Below, piece by piece: positions 26,633-35,461 of a stretch of DNA of 64,000 nt; the stretch's first letter is position 1, and each line of letters opens with the position of its first letter. The DNA comes from Holophaga sp. (GTDB taxonomy: Bacteria; Acidobacteriota; Holophagae; Holophagales; Holophagaceae): contig JADKBC010000017.1 of assembly GCA_016715205.1 (NCBI GenBank), forward strand, positions 19,911 to 83,910, given 5' to 3'. Both the position numbers and the translations under genes were made by a program. The notes under the pieces were generated by a model that was not told the origin of the DNA, did no database searches, and saw only the letters and a program-made list of their open reading frames with translations.

Positions 26633-27243
26633 GCGATCTCTTCGGTTTCAAGGTTCAGGGGATCCAGCGCCATCAGGGATTCCACGGGAATGTGCGGGGT
26701 CAGTCGACCCGCCAGGAGCAGCGGCGCCAGGGGCTGCAATTCGCAGCCGAAGGACTTCATGAACAGGCCGGTCAACGCGCCCTGGGACTTGCTGGAGGAG
26801 GCCGTGGTCCAGAGCATGCCACCCTTCAAATCCCAGGCCACCTCGACGATTCGTGGCGTAGGCAGCACCTTGCTCAGAAGCTCGACCTTGATCTCATCCT
26901 GAAGGCTGGTGCGGGCTTCCTTCCCCACGAAGGCGAGATCCTTCTCCTTCATGAGCTGCTGAATGCGCAGATCCACATAGGCCTTGAGCAGCGAAGGCGG
27001 AACCCGTCGTGTGTCGATGCGAAGACCAAACACGGCAAAGCGCTCCTGCACCACCCAGTCCTCCTCGGGCGGACAGATCAGCGGATTGCGCCAGTCGCAC
27101 CAACCCATACGTTCCTCTTCCACCCCATCTTCGAAGGGGCGGAAGCGATCCTGGGCCAGGCCGTCCATCAGGTCCTGCTCGGCAGGTACGGGGCCAAGCA
27201 CCAGAAATCTCCGAAGAGAAAGGGTTCCTTGCAGCAGGCTCAT
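26629..27243 (-). CDS. RdgC N-terminal-half-like protein (recombination-associated protein family)
   Basis: Aligns to RdgC residues ~1-190: FRPFEDGVEEERMGWCDW vs FTPCGSQDMAKMGWV, RRVPPSLLKAYVDLRIQQL...ARTSLQDEIKVELLSKVLP vs KILPSPVIKQALEAKIAKL...EKDSLKDEVLHSLLP, and SSSKSQGALTGLFMKSFG vs ASAKKAEDTLALLRKSLG. Confidence 0.7.
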   Translation of the reverse strand: MSLLQGTLSLRRFLVLGPVPAEQDLMDGLAQDRFRPFEDGVEEERMGWCDWRNPLICPPEEDWVVQERFAVFGLRIDTRRVPPSLLKAYVDLRIQQLMKEKDLAFVGKEARTSLQDEIKVELLSKVLPTPRIVEVAWDLKGGMLWTTASSSKSQGALTGLFMKSFGCELQPLAPLLLAGRLTPHIPVESLMALDPLNLETEEIA

Positions 27244-28166
27244 GGTTGACTCGAAAAAATGCGCCCAATACGGGCGAAAACGCCTCGGCCATTGGAATCG
27301 ATGGCCTTTAGGTTCGGAACAATTACCTGGATCGTTTCCTCCGCAAGCGGCAGGGGAAAGGCGGGATCGTCCAGGTGCAGAAGTAAAGCCGTGATGTTGT
27401 CGCGCCCGCCATGCTCCAGAGCCGCCTCTAGCATGAGTTCCAGGCTTCGACGCGCGGAATAGCCCTGTTCCAGAATGCCAAGGATTTGATCATCGCTAAT
27501 CTCGCCATGCAGGCCGTCACTGCAGATCAGGAGTCGATCCCCGCGCCGAAGCGCCACACGTCCGAGGGCCGCCTTGACGGGTTGGGGGCACCCCAGAGCC
27601 TGGGTGATCATGCTGCGCTGGGGGTGGGTTTTGGCTTCTTCGGGCGTAATGAATCCCGATGTGATCATCTCGTTGACGAGGGTCTGATCCACCGTCAACT
27701 GGCTTAATGTGGGCCTGCGGTAGAGGTAGGCGCGGCTATCGCCCACCTGGCAGAGGTACAAATGCCCGTTCCAAACCACCGTGGCGGTGAGGGTGGAACC
27801 CATGCCTCGAATTCGTCGATCTGTATCGGAGTAGCGAAGGACCGCGGCACTGGCTTCCTCAGCGGCCCCCATGAGCGCCCGAAAAAGCCCCTCCTCAGTG
27901 GCTTCCGAAGCCGGAAAGCGCCCCCAATGGCCAAACAGGTTGACGGCAATGGAGGCCAACCCTTCGCGGCTGGCCACTTCCCCAGCGGCGGCCCCACCCA
28001 TGCCGTCAGCCACGGCGGCCAACAGACCCACCTTGCAAACCTTGGGCGTTCGGCTCAATGCGTTGACCCCAGGCTCCTCGCCATCCATGGCGCTGACCAG
28101 ATAAGCGTCCTCATTGTTTTTGCGGACCTTACCCTGATGGGTGATCGCAGCGTAGTCAATCAACAT
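27240..28166 (-). CDS. PP2C-family Ser/Thr protein phosphatase
   Basis: THQGKVRKNNEDAY, AVADGMGG, QVGDSRAYL, LICSDGL and GGRDNITA motifs. The start was trimmed to ATG 28166 (MLIDYAAI...). Confidence 0.9.
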   Translation of the reverse strand: MLIDYAAITHQGKVRKNNEDAYLVSAMDGEEPGVNALSRTPKVCKVGLLAAVADGMGGAAAGEVASREGLASIAVNLFGHWGRFPASEATEEGLFRALMGAAEEASAAVLRYSDTDRRIRGMGSTLTATVVWNGHLYLCQVGDSRAYLYRRPTLSQLTVDQTLVNEMITSGFITPEEAKTHPQRSMITQALGCPQPVKAALGRVALRRGDRLLICSDGLHGEISDDQILGILEQGYSARRSLELMLEAALEHGGRDNITALLLHLDDPAFPLPLAEETIQVIVPNLKAIDSNGRGVFARIGRIFSSQP

Positions 28167-28285
28167 GAAGCGCGTGTCTCGGCATGGGTGTCGGAGGGAG
28201 AAGGGAATCAGGTCAGGTACGGCAAAGGCACCGATTCCCTGGCTTGCCATGGCAGGTGCCTTCATCATATCCCGTGGAGGCGCCC

Positions 28286-29296
28286 ATGACTGATGCAACC
28301 CGCGAACTGGATCTCCTGGTGATCGGAGCGGGTCCCGCAGGCATCGCCACCGCCGTGGAAGCCCGCCAGGCGGGGATCGAGAAAATTCTTTTGGTGGAAA
28401 AGGGACCTACGCACAGTTTCTCTATTGAAAAGCTCTATACACCCGGCAAACGGGTCGACAAGGTCTACCAGGGGCAGGACGTGGCATGCGAGGGCAGCGT
28501 CTGCATCGTGGATGGCACTCGGGAAAGCGTGCTGGAGACCCTGGACCGATTCGTCCACGAGTTCAATCTGCCCATTGCCTTTGAAACCGAGGTTACGGGC
28601 ATCCGCCAGCAGGAAGACGGCTTCTTCCTTGTGGAAGATAACCATGGGCAGCGTTACCTCGCTCGCACGGTGGTGATCGCCATCGGTGTGTATGGACGTC
28701 CCAATAAGCCGGATTTCCCGGTGCCCACCACTCTGAAGGGCCACGTCCATTTCGATTTGACTCAGGAAATCCCACCCGGGGAAAGCGTGCTCGTAGTGGG
28801 GGGCGGCAACACGGCATTGGAATACGTCGCCTTTCTCTATGCGAATCATCCAACCACGCTCGCCTACCGAGGTGCGCATTTTGGCAGGGCCAATGACATC
28901 AACCGACGCATCCTGGAGGAACTCCAGGACCGGCAGCATGTCACCGTCTGGACAGAATCGGACCTTGGCGGAGTGCGCGATACAGGCGCATCGCCTCGAG
29001 TCGAAGTCACCTTCAAGGATGGCCGTATCGCCAGCTTCGACCACGTGCTCTTTGCCATTGGAGGCTCGACACCTCAGGGCTTTCTCCAACAAGCGGGGGT
29101 CGAACTGGACGGTAAATCGCCCCTAGTCGATCATCGATTTCATACCAACGTTCCCGGGCTATTTCTGGCTGGGGATCTGGTTGCAGGCGGCAAGGGCTCC
29201 ATCGTGAAGGCCTTCAACACAGGCCATACGGTGGTCTGGGAAGGCCTCTGCGCGGATCACCTGGAATGCCGGATACCCGGCCTGCAGGAGCCTTGA
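28286..29296 (+). CDS. FAD-dependent pyridine nucleotide-disulfide oxidoreductase (thioredoxin-reductase/YpdA-like)
   Basis: N-terminal dinucleotide fold DLLVIGAGPAGIATA, a second fold VLVVGGGNTALE and a C-terminal GLFLAGD. GGAGG lies 5 nt upstream of ATG 28286. Confidence 0.8.
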   Translation: MTDATRELDLLVIGAGPAGIATAVEARQAGIEKILLVEKGPTHSFSIEKLYTPGKRVDKVYQGQDVACEGSVCIVDGTRESVLETLDRFVHEFNLPIAFETEVTGIRQQEDGFFLVEDNHGQRYLARTVVIAIGVYGRPNKPDFPVPTTLKGHVHFDLTQEIPPGESVLVVGGGNTALEYVAFLYANHPTTLAYRGAHFGRANDINRRILEELQDRQHVTVWTESDLGGVRDTGASPRVEVTFKDGRIASFDHVLFAIGGSTPQGFLQQAGVELDGKSPLVDHRFHTNVPGLFLAGDLVAGGKGSIVKAFNTGHTVVWEGLCADHLECRIPGLQEP

Positions 29297-30162
29297 TGGG
29301 ACCTCTGGTCATCCTGGGCCCTGGCACCCTTGGCCTTTCCCTGGCCCGTCACGCGGCGGAGTGTGGGCTTGAGGTACGCCTCGTTGGGAGAGATTTCACC
29401 CATGCCAGGACTGGTGCGCAAAAGGTGATTGCGATCTGGCGACGGGCCCTGGATGATGGGCGCCTGAATACGGCCACCTTCCAGGTTTTCAACGAACGAC
29501 TCTGTCCCTCCGAGAGCTTGATGAAGGCCCTCGCGGGCGCCGGTGCGATGGTAGAGTGCCTTCCCGAGGACATGGCACTCAAGGCTGCGGTTTGGAGTTT
29601 TCTTGGCACATCCTGGCCAACGGAAGTGATGCCTTTGACCGCCAGTTCCTGTCTTCCTGCCAGCCTGATCCAGGAGACCGCAGGTTGTGACCTGTGGATG
29701 CAGAACTTCCACCTCTTCGTCCCCGTCCATCGCCACCCAGTGGTGGAAGTGGCCTCGCCGCCGAATACACCTGAAATATTCCGATTCCAGGCCCAGGAAC
29801 TGGCGAAGCGCCTGGAATTGCAACTGGTCACCGTTCAAGAAGACCTGGGCCTAGCCGCTTCTCGAATGGGCCTGATCCAGGGTCTTGAGGCCATGAGGCT
29901 ACTGGAAGCCGGACAGGCTACCACCGAGGCGTTAGATGCCTTGATGACCCTGGGCTACGGGCACCCGTGTGGACCGCTGGAGCTATCAGATCGCATTGGA
30001 CTGGATCTTCGCTTCTCCATCGCCGAATATCTCCATCGCTCCACCGGAGATTGCAGGTTTGAAGCCCCAAACCTTTTGAAGGAAATGGTGGCCAAGGGTG
30101 AGCTGGGCCGCAAGAGTGGAAGAGGGTTCTACACCTGGAATCCGGATGGAACCAAATCATGA
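29296..30162 (+). CDS. 3-hydroxyacyl-CoA dehydrogenase family protein
   Basis: NAD fold VILGPGTLGLSLA and a C-terminal 3HCDH domain (GHPCGPLELSDRIGLD...GELGRKSGRGFY). The start overlaps the upstream stop (TGATG). Confidence 0.8.
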   Translation: MGPLVILGPGTLGLSLARHAAECGLEVRLVGRDFTHARTGAQKVIAIWRRALDDGRLNTATFQVFNERLCPSESLMKALAGAGAMVECLPEDMALKAAVWSFLGTSWPTEVMPLTASSCLPASLIQETAGCDLWMQNFHLFVPVHRHPVVEVASPPNTPEIFRFQAQELAKRLELQLVTVQEDLGLAASRMGLIQGLEAMRLLEAGQATTEALDALMTLGYGHPCGPLELSDRIGLDLRFSIAEYLHRSTGDCRFEAPNLLKEMVAKGELGRKSGRGFYTWNPDGTKS

Positions 30163-30311
30163 GGAATGCGCATCTTTTTCTCCTTTTCATTGCCCTATTT
30201 ATCGGGCTCTGGGTTGCCTATAAAATCGGGAAAGTCATCCTTCGCCTCCTGGTTGGCCTGCTCGTATTAGGCCTCATCGCATTCCTCGTCTACCGCCTGT
30301 TTTTGCATTGA
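30159..30311 (+). CDS. Unlisted 50-aa two-helix membrane microprotein
   Basis: ATG 30159 overlaps the upstream stop (ATGA). Translation is MRNAHLFLLFIALFIGLWVAYKIGKVILRLLVGLLVLGLIAFLVYRLFLH, two hydrophobic helices joined by a KIGK loop. It is below the length cutoff of the supplied track. Confidence 0.55.
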   Translation: MRNAHLFLLFIALFIGLWVAYKIGKVILRLLVGLLVLGLIAFLVYRLFLH

Positions 30312-30337
30312 ATTTCCCACCTTTCCAAGGAGCCAGC

Positions 30338-30553
30338 ATGGCAGCCATCGCGTGTCCCAACTGCGGCACAGATCTCACCGCACCCCAATCGGTGCGCATC
30401 GCCGAATATCAATTTGGTCACCTGGAAAAGGTTGCCCAGGACCCCATGGAAGGTCCTGGATTTGTCTATCACTTTGAAGTTCCTGACTCCTACACAATCC
30501 TCTGCAACTCTTGCAAACGACTGGTGCGCACCCTTCCCCTTGCCAAGAAATAA
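30338..30553 (+). CDS. Small zinc-ribbon protein (71 aa)
   Basis: CPNCG...CNSC four-cysteine pattern. AAGGAG lies 5 nt upstream of ATG 30338, and a strong terminator follows. Confidence 0.6.
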   Translation: MAAIACPNCGTDLTAPQSVRIAEYQFGHLEKVAQDPMEGPGFVYHFEVPDSYTILCNSCKRLVRTLPLAKK

Positions 30554-30560
30554 CCTCATT

Positions 30561-30606
30561 CCTGAATAGAGAAAGGGCCCTCAAGAGGGCCCTTTCTCTA
30601 TTCAGG
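30561..30606. terminator. Bidirectional intrinsic terminator between convergent genes
   Basis: Perfect 22-nt inverted arms cctgaatagagaaagggccctc / gagggccctttctctattcagg, separated by 2 nt, between the zinc-ribbon gene (+) and pilQ (-). Confidence 0.7.
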
Positions 30607-30613
30607 TAGAAAT

Positions 30614-32635
30614 CTAGGACTTGAGAATCCTGGGAGTAATGAAGATCAACAACTCTGCGGTGTTCTCCTTCTCGCTCTTGGTTTTGAAGAGCCAGCCCAA
30701 AACTGGAATCCGGGAGATAAATGGAACACCGGTCATGCCGTTAGTGGTGTTGGTGGTGTAGACGCCACCCAGCACCGCCGTGCCGCCATCCTTCACCAGC
30801 ACCTGGGTATCAATTTCCTTGCGCAGGATGGTGGGGCTGCCCTGCACGGTGCGGCTGAAATCCGCCTCTGATTTCTCCACCTTGATGTCCATGATGATGG
30901 TGCCATCGTTGGTGATCTGAGGGGTCACATCCAATTCAAGGTTGGCTTCCACGAAGGCCACAGTAATGGCACCGCCCGCTGCCCCACCCTGCTGGGTTGG
31001 GTAGGGGATTTTTTCCCCGGACAGGATCTTGGCCTTCTTGTTGTTCTGAGTGACCACCTTGGGCGTGGACACGATTTTGACTTTGCCTTCTTTTTCAAGG
31101 GCTTGAAGAATAACGTTCACGCTCATACGGTTGCTGAGGAAGGAAACCCAGAACTCACCGGCGGCACCGGCGATATCTGTGACCCCAGGCTTGCCGCCTG
31201 ACCATGCTGCACCAATAGACTGGCCGGAAGTCGGGCGATTGAATCCACCGGCACTATTCCAGGAAGGTGCTGTGCCATAGGTACCCCATACAGCATCTGC
31301 ACCGGCGACCTGTAATTTGGCATCGCCGCTACCGGAGGTAGGCCACTTCACACCCCAATCCTGCTCAAAGCCCTTGGAAGCTTCGACCACGCGGGCCTCA
31401 ATCTGCACCTGCTGGATTTGAACATCCAACTGGGCAATGAGATCGTCGATGAGAACAATGTTGCGAGGCAAGTCCGAAATGATGAGTGTATTCGTGCGTT
31501 CATCGGTAATGATGCTGCCACGCTTGGTAATGATCCGATCGAGGATAGGTTTGACTTCAGACACCTTCGCAAAGGAAAGCGGGCGGCTAATGTTCTGGGT
31601 TTCGCCTGAAAGGGCTTTGGCATCTTCGAGACGCTTGCGGTCTTCTTCTTCCTTCTGGAGCTTTTCGACCTTGGCAACACGGATGACACCGTTGTTCACT
31701 TCCTTGCCCAACCCGGCGTGTTTCAGGATCATATCCAGCACTTGATCCCAGGGCGTCTCGACAAACTTGAAGGTGTAGATACCCTGAACATCCTGATCAC
31801 AGATGAGGTTCAGCTTGGCCACCTCGGCGATCAGTCGCAGGAAATCCTGCAGATCTGTGCCCTTGGCATCGATGGTCATCCGCGTCCCGGAATAGCGGGT
31901 TTGAGTGTCCCCCAAGGACCGCCCACTCCGGACATCTTCCTTGGCCGAACCGGCTTGTGGCTGCGGAGCTTTTTCCTGATTCACACCTGGCGTAGCTGGC
32001 AAAAGAGTGGAAGCTGCAAGCCCGGGCAATGAGCGGAACGGCATGCCAACAGATGGCATCGGTGTCAGTTGCTTGGGTGCGATGGCGGCCGGAAGCAAAG
32101 GTGTTTCGGTCTTTGCCACAACCACTTCCGTTTCCATAGGAGTCGGAGGAATGGCTGGCGCCAGACGGGAAGGAATGAGCCGGGCTTGAACGGCACCCTC
32201 ACCCGCCTCGAGCGAAACTTTGACACCACCTTCGAAGGTGGAAACAGAGACCTGAGTTCCCTTGGGGACTTCGAATACTACGCGGGTAATCGGAAGTGGA
32301 TCCGAGGCAAACTGCGCAATGCGGCTCTTCTGAATAACGCCTTTGCAGAAGGCGGCGATATCCTTCTTGGTCACGGCATCGCCACGCACCACACCAGGCA
32401 GGTCCATGACGACCCGATTAGGATTGTTCATCACCTGGAGTCGCGGTTTACCGACGAAACCAGGAATGGCGAAATTCAAAACGTTGGCATCGCCGTTTTC
32501 GAGAGCTGCGCTCTTGAGCGTGCTCGCGCGGATCGAAGCATCCTGTTCAGCGGTTGTTGCCATGAGCGAACCAGACGGGATCGCCGCCAGGACAACGCCC
32601 CCTGCCACCAGCAAGGAACTCAGGCGAGCATTCAT
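30614..32635 (-). CDS. pilQ: Type IV pilus secretin PilQ
   Basis: AMIN-like N-terminus, N0/N1 domains and a C-terminal secretin domain (VLGGVYTTNTTNGMTGVPFISRIPVLGWLFK...ELLIFITPRIL). Confidence 0.92.
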   Translation of the reverse strand: MNARLSSLLVAGGVVLAAIPSGSLMATTAEQDASIRASTLKSAALENGDANVLNFAIPGFVGKPRLQVMNNPNRVVMDLPGVVRGDAVTKKDIAAFCKGVIQKSRIAQFASDPLPITRVVFEVPKGTQVSVSTFEGGVKVSLEAGEGAVQARLIPSRLAPAIPPTPMETEVVVAKTETPLLPAAIAPKQLTPMPSVGMPFRSLPGLAASTLLPATPGVNQEKAPQPQAGSAKEDVRSGRSLGDTQTRYSGTRMTIDAKGTDLQDFLRLIAEVAKLNLICDQDVQGIYTFKFVETPWDQVLDMILKHAGLGKEVNNGVIRVAKVEKLQKEEEDRKRLEDAKALSGETQNISRPLSFAKVSEVKPILDRIITKRGSIITDERTNTLIISDLPRNIVLIDDLIAQLDVQIQQVQIEARVVEASKGFEQDWGVKWPTSGSGDAKLQVAGADAVWGTYGTAPSWNSAGGFNRPTSGQSIGAAWSGGKPGVTDIAGAAGEFWVSFLSNRMSVNVILQALEKEGKVKIVSTPKVVTQNNKKAKILSGEKIPYPTQQGGAAGGAITVAFVEANLELDVTPQITNDGTIIMDIKVEKSEADFSRTVQGSPTILRKEIDTQVLVKDGGTAVLGGVYTTNTTNGMTGVPFISRIPVLGWLFKTKSEKENTAELLIFITPRILKS

Positions 32636-33111
32636 CGTTTTCCCTCCTCGCGCTTGAACGTCTTAACGACAGTTCTATAAACGGTCTTATTGCTTGAACT
32701 AACATCCCATTGATGGAAGGTGACGGATTTCTCATCGATTCCGACAATCTCTCCATCTCTAAATCGATAGCCAACCGGCAAGCGCTTGGTGTTTCCACGG
32801 GAGTCCGAGACTACCGCATAAGCAATTCCCCCAGCCTTCAACCAACCTTTAACCCCAATATCATCCACAAGATCACCCTTTGTGGCCTGTTCCACATCCG
32901 TGGGAGCACTAAACGGATCCCGAATCAAGGAAGGGCGATAGGGGACGAGAACCACCCGGGTGACTTCTTCTTGGGTGGGAGAACCATCCGCGGGAGCCGT
33001 AGGGGCAGCAACCGGAGATGCTGGAGGGGTTTTTTGAGGATTTTTTGCCGCCTGCGCACTGAGGCAAAGTCCAAGTAAAAAAATCGGAATGGTAGCGATT
33101 CGGTAGGCCAT
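32632..33111 (-). CDS. pilP: Type IV pilus assembly protein PilP-like
   Basis: Signal peptide, RDPF motif and a C-terminal beta domain. It sits between pilO and pilQ with a 4-nt overlap to pilQ. Confidence 0.7.
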   Translation of the reverse strand: MAYRIATIPIFLLGLCLSAQAAKNPQKTPPASPVAAPTAPADGSPTQEEVTRVVLVPYRPSLIRDPFSAPTDVEQATKGDLVDDIGVKGWLKAGGIAYAVVSDSRGNTKRLPVGYRFRDGEIVGIDEKSVTFHQWDVSSSNKTVYRTVVKTFKREEGKR

Positions 33112-33116
33112 GAGGG

Positions 33117-33731
33117 TCAGTCTCCCGCATCTTTCTTGCCCGCTTTAGCCGGTGCAGCGCTTGGTGTTGCGGGCGGCGGCGGGGGCTTGGGCGGAGTTGG
33201 ATTATAGACAAATGCACTGATACGACAGGTAATGCCAGCGGACCAGAAGGCCTTGCCGGTCTCCCGCTTCATCTGCATTTCGCTGACATTGATAATCTTT
33301 TCGTAACCGGAAACCTGCGAAGTGAATTGGCCGAAAGAGTGGTACCCAGCCTTGAAAGCAAAGGTATAGGGGTATTCCGTGTAGTAATCCTTTTTGATGG
33401 CACTCTCAACATTGAAGGAAACCTGTTCAATGCCAGCCAAATCGGCGAGCTTCTTGATCCGGTAGGGGATCTCACCTTTATCGGTGTCCGTAGGCATCAG
33501 CTTGATGAGTTCTTCAATCAGCTTTTCTTGCTGGGCGACTTCGACTTTCAACTTTTCGTAGTTCGCCTTTAACTGATAGCCCTTATCGACCTCTTTCTGG
33601 AGGGTTTCGATGTTGCTCTTCAGGGCCACAAGCTCGGTGCGCTTGCTGCCCAGAAAAACCCAGGTGAGCACGGTAATCAAGATCCCGGCGAGCCCACCGA
33701 TCAGAATCTGCTTCTGGAGTTGGGAGTTCAT
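33117..33731 (-). CDS. pilO: Type IV pilus assembly protein PilO
   Basis: N-terminal TM, coiled coil and a ferredoxin-like C-terminal domain (YPYTFAFKAGYHSFGQF). Position in the pilMNOPQ order supports the call. Confidence 0.8.
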   Translation of the reverse strand: MNSQLQKQILIGGLAGILITVLTWVFLGSKRTELVALKSNIETLQKEVDKGYQLKANYEKLKVEVAQQEKLIEELIKLMPTDTDKGEIPYRIKKLADLAGIEQVSFNVESAIKKDYYTEYPYTFAFKAGYHSFGQFTSQVSGYEKIINVSEMQMKRETGKAFWSAGITCRISAFVYNPTPPKPPPPPATPSAAPAKAGKKDAGD

Positions 33732-33739
33732 GGGCTACC

Positions 33740-34330
33740 TCAGACGGGGTTCTTCAGGTCGAAGGAGATGGTGAACTCAACCACGCCGGCCTTCTTGTTG
33801 GCCGTGGGGTAGTTCACGTTCCCAAACCATTTGGTTTGTTCGATGAGCTTGTTCCGGAAGAGATTGATGGCCTCAAAGCTCGTGCTTTCTCCCTTGATGG
33901 TGATGGAAAGCCCCTTCTGGGTGACTTCCTTGAACCAAACGTCATCAGGGAGTGCATTGGCCAGCTCTTCAAGCAGATGAACGGGAAGCTGCTGGGCGTT
34001 TTTGAGACCCATCATGACTTCCTTCTTTTTCTGCAGGGCCTCTTTCTGCTCGCGGAAAGTCTTTTCGAGCGCGATGTACTTGGACAAGTCTTGCTTTTCT
34101 TGTTCCAACTTGACCACTTTTTCCTGTGCCTGGCCGACTTCGCGCTCAAGCATCAAGTAGTAGACAAGACCGATAGAAGCCAGGAGCAGACCAACCAGGA
34201 TTCCTGCGATTGGAAGGCTGGCGCGAGCAGGTTCGTCACCCTGGGCGTAAACTTGCGCCGCCTCGGCCTTTTCGGATTTCTTGCCCACCGCCTGGGCAAG
34301 GGTGTCACCAAGAAGATTGATCCTGATCAT
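33740..34330 (-). CDS. pilN: Type IV pilus assembly protein PilN
   Basis: MIRINLLG (INLLP-type PilM-binding motif), TM and coiled coil. ATG 34330 overlaps the pilM stop (ATGA). Confidence 0.85.
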   Translation of the reverse strand: MIRINLLGDTLAQAVGKKSEKAEAAQVYAQGDEPARASLPIAGILVGLLLASIGLVYYLMLEREVGQAQEKVVKLEQEKQDLSKYIALEKTFREQKEALQKKKEVMMGLKNAQQLPVHLLEELANALPDDVWFKEVTQKGLSITIKGESTSFEAINLFRNKLIEQTKWFGNVNYPTANKKAGVVEFTISFDLKNPV

Positions 34331-35406
34331 CGGTCCCCCACTTGGCGCAGTGCCAGTCCGACTGCGATGGCAGCGGAACACCCAACCTCGCGTACTGCGG
34401 CGGGATCCACCGAGCGGTCATCAAGCTCGATGAGTTGGAAGGGATTAAAACGGTCAACCGACACCCGCAGGCGATCTCCAAGGATATCGGTTAACCCCGC
34501 AACCTTGGCACTGCCTCCCGAGAGAAGGATTCGGTCGAGGCGATCCACTTTGAAGCTGGAACGGAAAAAATCGATGGTGCGACCAAGTTCATCGGCAAAG
34601 GAATCAGAAATCGCAGAAAGGGAAGGCTCCACTTCTTCGGGCGTTCGCCCCTCAGCGCCGTGTCCCTGTTTCAGCATTTCGGCGCCCTCGCGGGAAACGC
34701 CCCAATCTTCCATTAACTTATCGGTGAAACGATGGCCGCCCCATGCGATGTCGCGCCAGAAAACCGACTTGTTGCCCACCAGCATGGTCATGTTAGTGAA
34801 ATTGGCTCCCACATTCACAAGGGCAACCACTTCATCCCGGGCCCCAATGGCAGACATTTCATAAGCGTTCTGAAGGGCAAACACGTCGACGTCGACAATT
34901 TGAGGTTTTGCACCGGCCTGAGCCACGCAGGTCATGTAGGCTTCCATTTTGTCTTTGCGGCAAGCCACCAGCACAACGTCCATGTTGCCATCGCCGGGCC
35001 GCTCTTCGATCACGGCGAAGTCCAGGGCATAGGAATCGAGCCCCTGACCGGCCGGGAAGAAACTTTCGGCCTCCCAGCGCACGGATTCAGCCAGTTCCGC
35101 TGGGCTCATCAGAGGAAAGGTCACTTTTTTGACCATCACCTGCTGACCTGACACCGAAACTGCCACCTCTTTGGCCTTGATCTTCTGTTCCGCCAATACT
35201 TGGCGAATGGCCGTGGAGACAGCATTGCTGTCCATGATATCCCCGTCGACAATGGCGTCGTGGGGCACGGGCGCTATCCCGAGCTTCTGCAACCGATACC
35301 GCTGGTTGCCCCCCTTGCCTATGGCTTGGAGCTCACAGACCTTGACGCAGCTTGATCCAATATCCAAGCCGACAAGTAGTTTTTTCTTGCTACCGAAAAG
35401 ACCCAC
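34327..35406 (-). CDS. pilM: Type IV pilus assembly ATPase-fold protein PilM
   Basis: Actin-like fold with GLDIGSSCVKV. The preferred start is GTG 35406 (GAGG 6 nt upstream), giving MGLFGSKKKLLVGLDIG. The track ORF extends to TTG 35511 and would overlap the PP2C gene. Confidence 0.85.
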   Translation of the reverse strand: MGLFGSKKKLLVGLDIGSSCVKVCELQAIGKGGNQRYRLQKLGIAPVPHDAIVDGDIMDSNAVSTAIRQVLAEQKIKAKEVAVSVSGQQVMVKKVTFPLMSPAELAESVRWEAESFFPAGQGLDSYALDFAVIEERPGDGNMDVVLVACRKDKMEAYMTCVAQAGAKPQIVDVDVFALQNAYEMSAIGARDEVVALVNVGANFTNMTMLVGNKSVFWRDIAWGGHRFTDKLMEDWGVSREGAEMLKQGHGAEGRTPEEVEPSLSAISDSFADELGRTIDFFRSSFKVDRLDRILLSGGSAKVAGLTDILGDRLRVSVDRFNPFQLIELDDRSVDPAAVREVGCSAAIAVGLALRQVGDR

Positions 35407-35461
35407 TGGGAGCCTCGCTAAAGAGATTTTGAAGTTAATACTAGCGTCGCGTTCAGCCTCG

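Noticed and set aside
25746-26762. 338-aa plus-strand ORF. Similar long antisense ORFs include 33836..34864, 53326..54276, 10371..11411, 42038..43003 and 59687..60538
   Set aside because: Each lies antisense to a gene with strong family signatures (amidase/RdgC, pilN/pilM, dnaB, carbonic anhydrase, nadE, hybrid kinase) and has a biased, motif-free translation.
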